64,000 nucleotides of DNA from an uncultured Pseudomonadota bacterium (GCA_963770835.1 CAVYRH010000011.1:224001-288000), one strand, 5' to 3'; counted from the first letter of the stretch, positions 40,354-50,476 are shown. Made by a program: numbers and translations. The notes: generated by a model not told the origin, from the letters alone.

Positions 40354-41928
40354 TTAGTGTTTGAAATGCCGATATGTGGTGAAGATCATCGGAATCCCAT
40401 GTTGATTGGCGGCTTCAATAACTTCCTTATCCCGAACGCTGCCACCGGTTTGGATGATGGCGGCGACACCCGCCCCTGCACAGGCATCCACGCTGTCCCT
40501 AAACGGCAAAAGAGCATCCGAGGCCATCACGCTTCCTTTGGCCTTTTCCCCCGCCTGCTTGATTGCAATTTCCAACGAACCAACCCGGTTCATCTGGCCC
40601 GCACCCACTCCAATGGAAACCCCATCTTTTACCAAAATGATCGCGTTGGATTTCACATGTTTCACCAACTTCCAGCCGAATTCCATGTCCTTGGCTAGTT
40701 TAGGGTCGGGTTGTTTCTCAGTGACCACCTTGTAGAGGGATTTGTCTTCCGGCGCTTGGTCAAAATCCTGCACCAGGAATCCGCCTTCCACACGGCGAAT
40801 ATGATAGCCGGGGATCATTTCTTTGGATTTTCCGAGTCCCTCAACCGTCATGACCCTCAAGTTTTTTCGGGCTTCAAAAGCTTTCAAGGCACCCGAATCG
40901 TACGAGGGGGCCAGAATGATTTCAAAAAAGCCAAGCTTTTCCAAAATGACTTTGGCTGTTTGTTCGTCCAAAGGACGGTTAACCGCTACAATTCCTCCAA
41001 AAGCGGACAATGGGTCGGCGTCAAAAGCCTTTATAAAGGCTTCCATAATATTCTTTCCGATAGCCGTACCACAGGGGTTAGTGTGTTTGATGATGGTTGC
41101 GGCAGGATCCTCAAGGTCTTTCACAATCATCAGAGATGCATCCGCATCCATTATGTTGTTATAAGAAAGCTCCTTCCCCTGCAATTGCTTGCCGTTCGCG
41201 ATGGTGGGCAGAGTGTTGTTCTTGTCCTTGTAAAAAGCCGCGGGCTGGTGGGGATTTTCGCCATAGCGCATCTCCTGTACCCTCAAACCCGACATGGTGA
41301 AGATATCCGGCCATTTCTTTTCTGAAAGTCGCTTATGCAGGAATTCGTGGATCATTCCATCATAGCGCGCGGTATTACCAAAGGCCTCGATAGCGAGTTC
41401 CTGGCGGAGCTTAAAAGTTGTGGCTCCATTATTTTCCTTCATTTCCTTAATAACGTCGGTGTACCTGGCCGGTGACACGATGACCGTCACACTGCGGTAG
41501 TTTTTGGAAGCCGACCGAATCATAGACGGCCCGCCAATATCGATGTTTTCAATGGCATGGTCCAGTTCCACATTGGGTTTGGAAATGGTGGCTTCAAATG
41601 GGTAAAGGTTCACGCAAACGAGGTCAATGGGTTTGATGTTATGCTTGGCGATGGTTTCCATGTGTTCTTTGTTATCTCGCAGGGACAATAGTCCCCCGTG
41701 CACCACTGGGTGCAGGGTTTTTACGCGTCCATCCAACATTTCCGGGAAACCAGTGACTTCGGAGATGTCCTTGACCGCTAAACCCGCGTCCTTAATGGCT
41801 TTGGCGGTGCCGCCGGTGGAAATTAGCTCCACTCCATGTGCCACAAGCTCTTTTGCGAATTCGATGAGTCCCGATTTGTCCGAAACACTAATCAAAGCCC
41901 GTTTAATTTTCACTTTGTCTTCTGCCAT
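40354..41928 (-). CDS. purH: Bifunctional AICAR transformylase/IMP cyclohydrolase
   Basis: ALISVSDK, GRVKTLHP, IDIGGPSM, RYGENPHQ, KHTNPCG, RHFKH. Confidence 0.98.
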   Translation of the reverse strand: MAEDKVKIKRALISVSDKSGLIEFAKELVAHGVELISTGGTAKAIKDAGLAVKDISEVTGFPEMLDGRVKTLHPVVHGGLLSLRDNKEHMETIAKHNIKPIDLVCVNLYPFEATISKPNVELDHAIENIDIGGPSMIRSASKNYRSVTVIVSPARYTDVIKEMKENNGATTFKLRQELAIEAFGNTARYDGMIHEFLHKRLSEKKWPDIFTMSGLRVQEMRYGENPHQPAAFYKDKNNTLPTIANGKQLQGKELSYNNIMDADASLMIVKDLEDPAATIIKHTNPCGTAIGKNIMEAFIKAFDADPLSAFGGIVAVNRPLDEQTAKVILEKLGFFEIILAPSYDSGALKAFEARKNLRVMTVEGLGKSKEMIPGYHIRRVEGGFLVQDFDQAPEDKSLYKVVTEKQPDPKLAKDMEFGWKLVKHVKSNAIILVKDGVSIGVGAGQMNRVGSLEIAIKQAGEKAKGSVMASDALLPFRDSVDACAGAGVAAIIQTGGSVRDKEVIEAANQHGIPMIFTTYRHFKH

Positions 41929-41936
41929 AAATCACC

Positions 41937-42560
41937 TCAAGGTAGGATTTTGACACGCCCATCTGCCACTTTGACTTTCCCCTCGCAAAACAAACGGACA
42001 GCTTCTGGATAAATCAGGTGCTCCACCTTCAAAACTTTCTCCGCTAAGGCCTCAGGGGTATCCATCGAAAAAACTTTTACATGGCCTTGTAGGATAATGG
42101 GTCCAGAATCCACGCCCTCGGTCACGAAATGTACGGTGGCTCCCGATTCCTTCTCTTTGGCTTTAATGACCTCTTCGTGTACATGGTGGCCATACATTCC
42201 CGCCCCGCCGAATTTTGGCAAAAGAGCGGGATGGATGTTCATGATCTTCCACAGATAGGGCCTAATTAAAACAGGGGTCAAAATCCTCATATAACCGGCC
42301 AAACAGATGAGATCAATCTTTTTATCTTGGCAGAGCTCCAGAACCTCCTGGTCGTAGGCTTCCCGACTTCCGGAGTACCCTTTGCTAACAATAGCGACAG
42401 ATTCAATCCGATGGTTTTCAGCCCGTTCCAAGGCTTTGGCATCCGGCACATTAGAGAAAACTAAACCAATTTTGGCCTTAAAAAGGCCCGTTTCCTGGGC
42501 ATCGATCAAGGCCTGGAGGTTGGAGCCCCCCCCCGACGCAAACACGGCGATTTTGATCAA
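41937..42560 (-). CDS. purN: Phosphoribosylglycinamide formyltransferase
   Basis: ASGGGSNLQA, LAGYMRIL, NIHPALLP, GATVHFV..DSGPII. TTG start. Confidence 0.97.
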   Translation of the reverse strand: MIKIAVFASGGGSNLQALIDAQETGLFKAKIGLVFSNVPDAKALERAENHRIESVAIVSKGYSGSREAYDQEVLELCQDKKIDLICLAGYMRILTPVLIRPYLWKIMNIHPALLPKFGGAGMYGHHVHEEVIKAKEKESGATVHFVTEGVDSGPIILQGHVKVFSMDTPEALAEKVLKVEHLIYPEAVRLFCEGKVKVADGRVKILP

Positions 42561-42625
42561 TTGAAAAACTCCCAAGAAAATCTATTTACCATCGACGTTT
42601 GAAACAATCGAAGTGTCGTTAACGC

Positions 42626-44668
42626 TTACTCCAGTTCAGCACCCAGGATATTCATCTTTGGGTGCCCCGTTTCCTTTGAAAGCCTCAGGACATTCCAAAC
42701 CTTTTGAAGGTTGTGCTCGGCCTTGTTGTTTCCCGGATCGAATTGAAGCGCTTGCTGATAGAGGTCGATGGCAGATTGGCAACTACCAGCCATGGTGAAG
42801 CAGTTGGCGTAGTCAATCATCATTGGAACGCAGGTAGGATAGTCGAAATAGAGGTTTTGATAAATGATTAATGCTTCCTCAAGATGCCCTGTACTGGCAA
42901 GGGTTCGGGCTTTCTTGAAGTCATCCAATAGATAAATCAGGATCGGGTCCAAACGCACGGCGCGTCTTAATTCCGCCTTGGCTTCCTCATCCCGATTTAA
43001 CCGAAGGAGAGCTTCATATTTCTGGTAATGAATGAGTTTGTAATCGGGTAGGGTTTGACCCACGGTATTAAAATCAGTCAGTGCCTTATCCATATCACCG
43101 GGTTGGTAGCGGTCAAGAAAAACCGAACCTCGAAAATATTGAGCCGCAAAGTTCTGTGGATCTAGTTTTAAAGCCTTGTTATAGAAATCGAGGGCGTCGC
43201 CCCACTTTCCCAATGAAGTAGCCACCGAGGCTTTCTTTATATCCAAATCGGCGCCCTGCCGTTGAAAGGCATCCACAACCCTCTGAAAAACAAGTCCCGC
43301 CAATAAAACCAGGACCGGCAAAAGGTATATCCGCCAACGGGTTAAATCCAATTCTTTCCTTTGAATGGGAAAACCCTCCATCCGATAAAACCTTTGGGAA
43401 AGGGCCACGGGAAAAGCCGCGAGGAAAAGAAGAGGGATAAGGGTCGTCGGCATGTAACTATTCATGTTCAAAAGGTTGTCAACGGTTATCGCCGCGACCG
43501 AAGCGAAGACCCCGGCCGCCAAAGACTTGGAGATGGCATTAACCGCATAAAGTTTCCACCATTGGGCAAGGACATAAAACCAAAATGCGGCGAACAACAA
43601 GAACCCAACAACCCCCGTTTCGGCCGTCCATTCCAAAACCCAATTCGAGGCATGCTCCACTTCCAAAGCCCGTTGCGGGTTGTGCAGCATAAGAAATGCC
43701 GGACGATAGGATGGAAAAGCCGTGGCAAAGGCGCCATGACCGACGCCGAAAATTGGTTGTTTTTTGATCATCTCCATCGTTCCCTTCCAAACTTGTTCTT
43801 GAAATTGGACGACTTCGCTGGAGGGAGTCCAAAAGGCCTTCAAGCTGGTTGACATGGGCGGAACAAAAAAGGACATGACGATCAAAGCCAAGGGAAGCAT
43901 GAGCCACTTGATGGCTTGAAGCCCTTGGTCCTTGAGGATAAAAACCGCAAAAGTGATGGTTCCCACCGTCAAGCCCAACCAACCGCCGGCACTTCCGGTC
44001 AAAAAAAGTGAAAACAAAGAGCTCGTTAAAAGAAATCCCCAAAGGATCTGGGTCATTTTACTTTTCGCCCTCATCCAAAGGGCCAATGCGAGGGGCCAGA
44101 CCAGCATTAAATATCCGGCTAAACTGTCGGGATTTCCCAGCCCCGCGACAGGCTTTCCGTTAAATTGGGTTTTGACCACCGCTGTCCATCCGGCATCACC
44201 GATTCCGAAGACCTGGCCAAAAGCCCACAAACTACTTCCCAAACCCGATACCAAAAAAGAAACCAAAAGATTTTCGGCCTGCCAGGCCTCCAAACAAGTA
44301 AAGGTTAAAAGTACATACCAAAGCGGATAAACCACATAGTCCTCCATCTGTAAAAGGCAGGCCTTTGTATAAGGGGAGTAAAGAAGCGTAACGGTGGTCC
44401 AAACCATGAAGGCCAAAAGCGCCCAAAGCGCCCTGGAAGAAACCCAGACCAATTTCCCGGTTAAATATGTCCGGAGGGCCCACCCCCCCAGCATGAAATA
44501 CACAATGATTTGAGTGACCGCAAATTTAGGAAAAAGGGGGTCCATCCCGTCCAATTGGGTTAAAAAGGGCAGAGTAAAAAGAAGAAGCACCGAAAGGAAC
44601 TGGGGGGCTTTTTCAAGCGCGATACCCCAGCCGGTTTGTAGGGTTATGGGTTTTGTTTGTACGGACAT
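42626..44668 (-). CDS. O-antigen-ligase-like (Wzy_C) membrane protein with C-terminal TPRs and degenerate catalytic motifs
   Basis: Many TM helices. GLGNPDSLAGYL, PIFGVGHGAF, EHASNWVLEWTAETGVVG. TPR tail (ALKLDPQN, ALQFDPGN). Confidence 0.82.
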   Translation of the reverse strand: MSVQTKPITLQTGWGIALEKAPQFLSVLLLFTLPFLTQLDGMDPLFPKFAVTQIIVYFMLGGWALRTYLTGKLVWVSSRALWALLAFMVWTTVTLLYSPYTKACLLQMEDYVVYPLWYVLLTFTCLEAWQAENLLVSFLVSGLGSSLWAFGQVFGIGDAGWTAVVKTQFNGKPVAGLGNPDSLAGYLMLVWPLALALWMRAKSKMTQILWGFLLTSSLFSLFLTGSAGGWLGLTVGTITFAVFILKDQGLQAIKWLMLPLALIVMSFFVPPMSTSLKAFWTPSSEVVQFQEQVWKGTMEMIKKQPIFGVGHGAFATAFPSYRPAFLMLHNPQRALEVEHASNWVLEWTAETGVVGFLLFAAFWFYVLAQWWKLYAVNAISKSLAAGVFASVAAITVDNLLNMNSYMPTTLIPLLFLAAFPVALSQRFYRMEGFPIQRKELDLTRWRIYLLPVLVLLAGLVFQRVVDAFQRQGADLDIKKASVATSLGKWGDALDFYNKALKLDPQNFAAQYFRGSVFLDRYQPGDMDKALTDFNTVGQTLPDYKLIHYQKYEALLRLNRDEEAKAELRRAVRLDPILIYLLDDFKKARTLASTGHLEEALIIYQNLYFDYPTCVPMMIDYANCFTMAGSCQSAIDLYQQALQFDPGNNKAEHNLQKVWNVLRLSKETGHPKMNILGAELE

Positions 44669-44690
44669 GGGTGTCCCAAAATTTTATTTT

Positions 44691-46469
44691 TCAAGGAAGT
44701 ATCTGCCGTTTCAAGGATAAGGCCTTTGCGTTCCGTGGATCAATTTTTAAAACCTCGTCCAATTCCCTCAGGGCCGCCTTCAAATCCCGGTTCAGAAAAT
44801 AAACATAAGCAAGGTCAAAGTGGCCTTCCACCTTATTCGGATCCAATTGAATTGATTTCTTGTAATAGCCGCCAGCAAGTTCAATCCTTCTAGGATCGTT
44901 ATCCGAAGTCAAAAGATATATGTTTCCCAAGTTCAAATAGGCGCCAGCCGACTGCGGATTCAACTCAAGTTCCTTTTCAAAAGCCTTTTGAGCGTCCTCC
45001 ATCTTTCCCGACTTAACAAAGAGGTTTCCCAATTCATGGTAATTCTCGGGATTTTCGGGCTGGTTCTTGATGTTTTCCAATATCCTTTGTTGTTCGGTTG
45101 AAAGATCGGCCGGGATCTCCTTTAAAAAATCCTTTTCTGGGTTTTCCATCAAAACAGCGGCCAGGAGCCGGGTTTCTTGAAATAATCCAAAGACCGCGCC
45201 GCCTATAAGCAAAGATCCAATAAGAACACCCACCTGGACTTTAAACTTAATCTTATCGGCTGGAAAAACCTTGTTCGCCAGCAAACCGGCTGATATCCAA
45301 AGGAAAAAAGCAATCCCTGGCAGTCGGCAGTTGTAATCAAATAGGTTTGTGACCCCTAACCCCAAAAGACCGGCCGCTAGCCCAATTGATTCCATGGGGT
45401 GTTCTTTCCCACCCTTCCGGCCACCTAGAACCTGACGGGCCGCTCGGCCCATCAAACGGAACCAGAACAATCCTGCCACCGCCAATCCCACCAAGCCCAA
45501 TTCAACACCCAGCTCTAACACTTCATTGTGGGCATGTTCAGCAAAAGTATTGTCCTTCAGTGCTTGGACGGATAATTCCTCCGTCATGTAGGGTTGAAAA
45601 TGAAGGGAGAACTGGCCAACGCCCCAGCCTTGGAGGGGCCTGTCCAATATCATTCGAATAGCACCTTTCCAAACCTCGATCCGTTCGGTAGGACGCGTCC
45701 CTACCTTGTAGGCGACAAAACCGCCGCCCAATACGACCAAGACGGTGAGGGTGACCAATCCAAATCGTAATTTTCGATCTTTCCAAACTCGCCCCCCCAG
45801 CAAAAAAACAATCAGGAAAAATTCAATCGTAAAACCAAGAAATCCTGCCCTGCTCCAAGTGAAAAGAAGATTCATCAAAACGAATATCAGTAATGCAACA
45901 CGAAAAATCGTTTCCCACGCGCCTCTATTTCGATTCAAGGGACTTAAAAGAATAACAGGCGCGGCTAAGACTAGGAATGCGGCATAAAGATTGGGGTTGC
46001 CGAAGGTGGCGAAAATGCGGGCCGAAAAACCGCTTTGGGCGTATAGGGGGACAAAATCCAACCCGGCTTTTTGCAGAAGACCATAAAGGGCCACCAGAAA
46101 GACCAACCCCATCCAAACCCACATGCGGCCGGAGCCTTCCTTTTCCTGGGATTCCTGCCGGACCAATAAATAAAGGCCCACACAAGGCAAAAACCGGCCC
46201 AAGTATTCGGAAGCGGCCAAATCGACTGGGCTCCAGAAATAGGACAAACAGGTCCAGCCCACATAAAGGGCCAAATACAGTTCCAAGGGGGAAAAGGAAA
46301 GTTCTGGTTTCTTGAAAAGACGAAAGGCTTCCACCAGGAGCAACAAGAGAAACCCAATGGAAACAACGTAGGATTTGTAATCAACGTCCTGGAAGGAGGG
46401 AACGAGGATGACGGCGGCGACAGTCAACCCCCAAAGCACTCGCCGAAGAATCGAAAGGGTATTTTCCAA
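44691..46469 (-). CDS. O-antigen-ligase/O-oligosaccharyltransferase-like (Wzy_C) membrane protein with C-terminal TPRs
   Basis: RIFATFGNPNLYAAFL, TWSRAG, ERIEVWKGA..RPLQGWGVGQF, EHAHNEVLELGVELGLVG. TPR tail. Confidence 0.87.
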   Translation of the reverse strand: MENTLSILRRVLWGLTVAAVILVPSFQDVDYKSYVVSIGFLLLLLVEAFRLFKKPELSFSPLELYLALYVGWTCLSYFWSPVDLAASEYLGRFLPCVGLYLLVRQESQEKEGSGRMWVWMGLVFLVALYGLLQKAGLDFVPLYAQSGFSARIFATFGNPNLYAAFLVLAAPVILLSPLNRNRGAWETIFRVALLIFVLMNLLFTWSRAGFLGFTIEFFLIVFLLGGRVWKDRKLRFGLVTLTVLVVLGGGFVAYKVGTRPTERIEVWKGAIRMILDRPLQGWGVGQFSLHFQPYMTEELSVQALKDNTFAEHAHNEVLELGVELGLVGLAVAGLFWFRLMGRAARQVLGGRKGGKEHPMESIGLAAGLLGLGVTNLFDYNCRLPGIAFFLWISAGLLANKVFPADKIKFKVQVGVLIGSLLIGGAVFGLFQETRLLAAVLMENPEKDFLKEIPADLSTEQQRILENIKNQPENPENYHELGNLFVKSGKMEDAQKAFEKELELNPQSAGAYLNLGNIYLLTSDNDPRRIELAGGYYKKSIQLDPNKVEGHFDLAYVYFLNRDLKAALRELDEVLKIDPRNAKALSLKRQILP

Positions 46470-46480
46470 AAAAGAACCCT

Positions 46481-47512
46481 TTAAACGAATTCAACGCCTT
46501 TTTTTCCCGCCACGACCTCACCCACGACCGAGGGGTTGGCGCCGTTTTTGCGGAGCTTCCGCAGGGTCTTTTCCACCTTCTTGGGGCTGACGATCAGGAT
46601 CATTCCCAGGCCCATATTGAAGGTGCGGTAGGCATCTTCTTTGGGTACATTTCCCCTTTTGATGAGCCAGTCCATGACCGGTAGAACCTTCCAACTACCT
46701 TCCTTAAAGCGGATACGGCAACCTTCCGGCAACACGCGGGGAGGATTGTCAATAAGTCCGCCACCCGTAATATGGGCCATGGCCTTGATGTTCACCTCTT
46801 CCAAGACCGGATATATTTCGTGGAAGTAGGACTTGTGAGGGGTCAAGAGAATGTCCCCGATAACGCCGTTCAATTCGGGCACCCGATCCGTAAATTTCAA
46901 TCCCACTACGTCGGTCACAATTTTGCGGGCGAGGGAAAAACCGTTGGTATGGAGTGATACCGAGGGAAGGCCGATGCAGATGTCACCGGGAACGACTTCT
47001 TCCCCCCGGATAATGTTTTTCTTGTCCACCACACCCACAATGGTCCCGGCGATATCGTAATCCCCTTCCCGGTAAACCGAGGGCATTTCGGCGGTTTCGC
47101 CACCGATCAAAGCCACCCCGGCCTTGCGGCATTCCTCGGCCATTCCGGAGACAATTTCCTCCACCACCGCAGGGTTCAGCTTTCCTGCCGCGATATAGTC
47201 CAGGAAAAACAGGGGCTTGGCGCCCTGCACTAAAATGTCGTTGATGGAATGCCCCACAATGTCCTGGCCCAGGGTCTTGTACTTGCCCATTGCCAGGCCG
47301 ATCTGGATCTTGGTTCCCACGCCGTCAGTGGAAGCCACCAAAACGGGTTTTTTGTATTTCTTGGTTTTGAACTCATAAAGGCCGCCAAAGAGACCGATGT
47401 CGGAAAGGACGTTCTCGTTGAAGGTCGAGGCCACTTGTTTTTTAATGCGATCCACGGTTTCGTTGCCCGCATCAATATTCACGCCGGATGATTTATAAGT
47501 TGTAGTTTTCAC
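46481..47512 (-). CDS. purM: Phosphoribosylformylglycinamidine cyclo-ligase
   Basis: YKSSGVNIDAG, STDGVGTK, PLFFLDY, GGETAEMP, AHITGGG, RTFNMG. Confidence 0.98.
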   Translation of the reverse strand: MKTTTYKSSGVNIDAGNETVDRIKKQVASTFNENVLSDIGLFGGLYEFKTKKYKKPVLVASTDGVGTKIQIGLAMGKYKTLGQDIVGHSINDILVQGAKPLFFLDYIAAGKLNPAVVEEIVSGMAEECRKAGVALIGGETAEMPSVYREGDYDIAGTIVGVVDKKNIIRGEEVVPGDICIGLPSVSLHTNGFSLARKIVTDVVGLKFTDRVPELNGVIGDILLTPHKSYFHEIYPVLEEVNIKAMAHITGGGLIDNPPRVLPEGCRIRFKEGSWKVLPVMDWLIKRGNVPKEDAYRTFNMGLGMILIVSPKKVEKTLRKLRKNGANPSVVGEVVAGKKGVEFV

Positions 47513-47731
47513 GATTTCCTCCCGTGCATGAACACTTTCGTTTCAATTGTTCATGAAAATTCGAAATTTCAATCCCAACCCACTTGAAAATGATCCCACT
47601 AATTGTACTGGCATGGAAGGGGGTTGGGTGGGAATTGTGATTGTTCTAGAAGGCGTACCTAATTTACAATAGCGCCCAGAACCAACCTTACAGTTTTCCA
47701 CAATTCACGCATTCGATCCTAAGGAAATACC

Positions 47732-48994
47732 GTGTCCGAAAAAGCCAAGTGGGCAGGAATCTATCTTCTTGCCGGTTTCATTCCCCTTTTCTTTTATTTC
47801 CTTCCCCCATTAAGCCCGGAACTCATTTCCCATAAGGTTTTCACCAATTTTCTTATCTTTGCACCCTATGTGGGCCTTTCCCTGACGGCCTTCCTTGGCT
47901 GGCAGATCAATCAAACCCGCATCTTTTGGTCCGCGCTGCTTCTCCTAGCCTTTTACTTTTATTTGCTGAACCCTGGGTTGTTCGTCATCTCCGAAACCGG
48001 GCGAGTAGCAACCCTCCAGATCGTTAGCGTCGCTTATCCCTTGGCCCTTTGCCTTATCTATCTTTTAAAGGAAAGTCGTTTGTGGAGCGATTTAAGCCTG
48101 GCCCGCTTTGTTCTGTCCCTCATTCCTATCGTTTTACTGGTGTGCCTTTATAGCTGGGCCGTGGATGTTTACCAAAAGCTGATGTTTTGGGGGCCTCCAA
48201 CCCTCAATCAATCCCTGTATTTCCCGAAATTTACATGGGTCGCCGTCGGCCTGTTTCTTCTCGTGGCCTACAGCCTTTACGATCCCAAGGCGAAATCGTT
48301 CCTTATCGCCTTAGCGACCGCCTTTGTCCCGTTTCTATTCTGCGTCCAAGTCAGCCTCCTGAGCGGGGCCACCACTTCCAAGCTTCCAACCCGCTTCCAC
48401 ATCATCCTGGCTTTTACTGTTTTGGCGCTCATCCTCTTGCACGCCTTATTAAGAATGTACTGGCAAAAAGTTTACCTGGACATCCTGACCGCTGTCTCCA
48501 ACCGTCAGGCCCTGGATGAGCGCCTTCACACCTTGAGCGGGGATTTTTCCCTCGCCATGGTGGACATCGACCACTTTAAGAAATTCAACGACAGCTACGG
48601 CCACGCCGAAGGGGACAATGTGCTGAGGATGGTGGCGCAACATCTGCAGGAAAATCTCGGGGACAGGGTTTTTCGCTACGGAGGTGAGGAATTTTGCGTG
48701 GTTTTCGAGAAGACAGACCTCGATAAGGCCAAGTCAATGATGGAAAGCACCAGGGCCGGCATGGAGAAACGTAAGTTCACCTTGCGGGGACGCCGAAAAG
48801 CAGGCTACAGCGGGATCAACCTCCCCTTCAAAAAAGAGGAAGCCAAAGGAAAGAGAGTCCACGTCACGTTTAGCGTGGGGGTAGCCTCGTCCAATAAGAT
48901 TCATCCGACAAGTGAGGAAGTCATCAAACGGGCCGACCACGCCCTCTACGAGGCCAAGGAGAAAGGCCGAAACCGGGTGGTCTCGGCTAACTAA
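47732..48994 (+). CDS. Membrane-bound diguanylate cyclase (GGDEF)
   Basis: About 8 TM segments, then DILT..NRQAL, MVDIDHFKKFNDSYGHAEGDNVL, RYGGEEF, ADHALYEAKEKGRNRV. Confidence 0.93.
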   Translation: MSEKAKWAGIYLLAGFIPLFFYFLPPLSPELISHKVFTNFLIFAPYVGLSLTAFLGWQINQTRIFWSALLLLAFYFYLLNPGLFVISETGRVATLQIVSVAYPLALCLIYLLKESRLWSDLSLARFVLSLIPIVLLVCLYSWAVDVYQKLMFWGPPTLNQSLYFPKFTWVAVGLFLLVAYSLYDPKAKSFLIALATAFVPFLFCVQVSLLSGATTSKLPTRFHIILAFTVLALILLHALLRMYWQKVYLDILTAVSNRQALDERLHTLSGDFSLAMVDIDHFKKFNDSYGHAEGDNVLRMVAQHLQENLGDRVFRYGGEEFCVVFEKTDLDKAKSMMESTRAGMEKRKFTLRGRRKAGYSGINLPFKKEEAKGKRVHVTFSVGVASSNKIHPTSEEVIKRADHALYEAKEKGRNRVVSAN

Positions 48995-49021
48995 GGAACG
49001 TTCGGAAAACCCCAGCCATTA

Positions 49022-50476
49022 TCAACACTTAGCGGCCTCAAGGCTGTACTTCTCCGTTTCCTCGTCGAAAGGCACGGGATATTTTGCGGTAAAGCAGGCC
49101 GTACAATGCCCCTGGGGAGTTCCGGCCACCGCTTTCATCATGCCTTCAACGGATAGATAAGAGAGGCTGTCGACCCTCAAATAGGTCTGGATTTCCTCCT
49201 GGGTGTGGGTGGCGGCGATCAATTCTTTCCGGCTTGGAAAATCCATTCCATAAAAACAGGGTGAGATGATGGGGGGCGAGGTAATACGCAGGTGAACTTC
49301 CTTGGCACCCACGTTCTTTATCATCTTCACGATCTTTCGCATGGTGGTCCCACGCACGATGGAATCGTCGATCAGGATCACCCGCTTCCCCTCCAAAGAT
49401 TCCTTGACGGCGTTATATTTGAGGCGTGCCCCGAAATCGCGGATGGTCTGGTCGGGTTCGATAAAGGTTCGCCCAATATAGTGATTGCGAATGAGCCCCA
49501 TTTCATAGGGAATCTTGGCTTCTTCGGCATAGCCCGTTGCGGCCATGTTGGATGAATCCGGAACAGGCACTACCACATCCGCCGACACATAGGCTTCCTG
49601 GGCCAGAATGGCACCCAGGCGCTTTCGGACCTTTTGGACACTGGTATTAAAGATGCGGGAGTCGGGCCGGGCGAAATAAATGTATTCGAAGATGCACATA
49701 GCCGGAGTCGTCTTCTCGAAGGGCTTGATGGAAACTAGGCCGTTCTCGTTGATCAAAACAATCTCACCCGGTTCCACGTCGCGGATGTACTTGGCGTCCA
49801 CGATGTCGAAAGCGCAGGTTTCGCTGGCTAAAACCCAGGCGTCCCCAAGCTTGCCAAGGCAAAGTGGTCTGAAGCCCTGGGGATCCCTCATGCCCAGCAT
49901 TCCGTCGTCGGACAAAATCAAAAGGGAATAGGCTCCTCGCACCTGTTTCAGGGACTCGATGACTCCCTCGATGAGAGTATGGTTGGTGGAGCGGGCCAAA
50001 AGATGCACGATGATTTCGGAATCGACGGTAGAGACGAAAATGGAACCCCGCGCCTCCAATTCGTCACGGATGCGGCGGGCGTTGACCAAATTGCCGTTGT
50101 GGGCAATGGCGATGCTGCCACGGGCGTATTCAACGGCGATCGGCTGGGCGTTCCGGAGCTGGCTGGAGCCGGTAGTGGAATAACGCACGTGGCCGATCGC
50201 CACCCTGCCCGGCAATTCCTTGAAAGCCGCCTCGTCGAAAATGTCCGCGACCAGCCCCATACGCTTATGGTTGTACAAGCGGCCATTGTCCATGGTGCAA
50301 ATGCCCGCCGATTCCTGGCCCCGGTGCTGGAGGGAATGCAAACCCAAATAGGTGATCTTGGCCGCTTCCGGATGGCCAAAGACGCCAAAAACGCCGCACT
50401 GGTCGTGGGGCTTGTCGTCATCCAACCGGCGGTTGACCCCGGCTTCGTCCTCTTGTTGGTCGAAATTTTCGTTCAT
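49022..50476 (-). CDS. purF: Amidophosphoribosyltransferase (Fe-S type, with propeptide)
   Basis: CGVFG, LQHRGQESAG, HNGNL, DDSIVRGTT. Fe-S Cys motifs CIFEY, PCFYG, CTAC. Confidence 0.98.
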   Translation of the reverse strand: MNENFDQQEDEAGVNRRLDDDKPHDQCGVFGVFGHPEAAKITYLGLHSLQHRGQESAGICTMDNGRLYNHKRMGLVADIFDEAAFKELPGRVAIGHVRYSTTGSSQLRNAQPIAVEYARGSIAIAHNGNLVNARRIRDELEARGSIFVSTVDSEIIVHLLARSTNHTLIEGVIESLKQVRGAYSLLILSDDGMLGMRDPQGFRPLCLGKLGDAWVLASETCAFDIVDAKYIRDVEPGEIVLINENGLVSIKPFEKTTPAMCIFEYIYFARPDSRIFNTSVQKVRKRLGAILAQEAYVSADVVVPVPDSSNMAATGYAEEAKIPYEMGLIRNHYIGRTFIEPDQTIRDFGARLKYNAVKESLEGKRVILIDDSIVRGTTMRKIVKMIKNVGAKEVHLRITSPPIISPCFYGMDFPSRKELIAATHTQEEIQTYLRVDSLSYLSVEGMMKAVAGTPQGHCTACFTAKYPVPFDEETEKYSLEAAKC

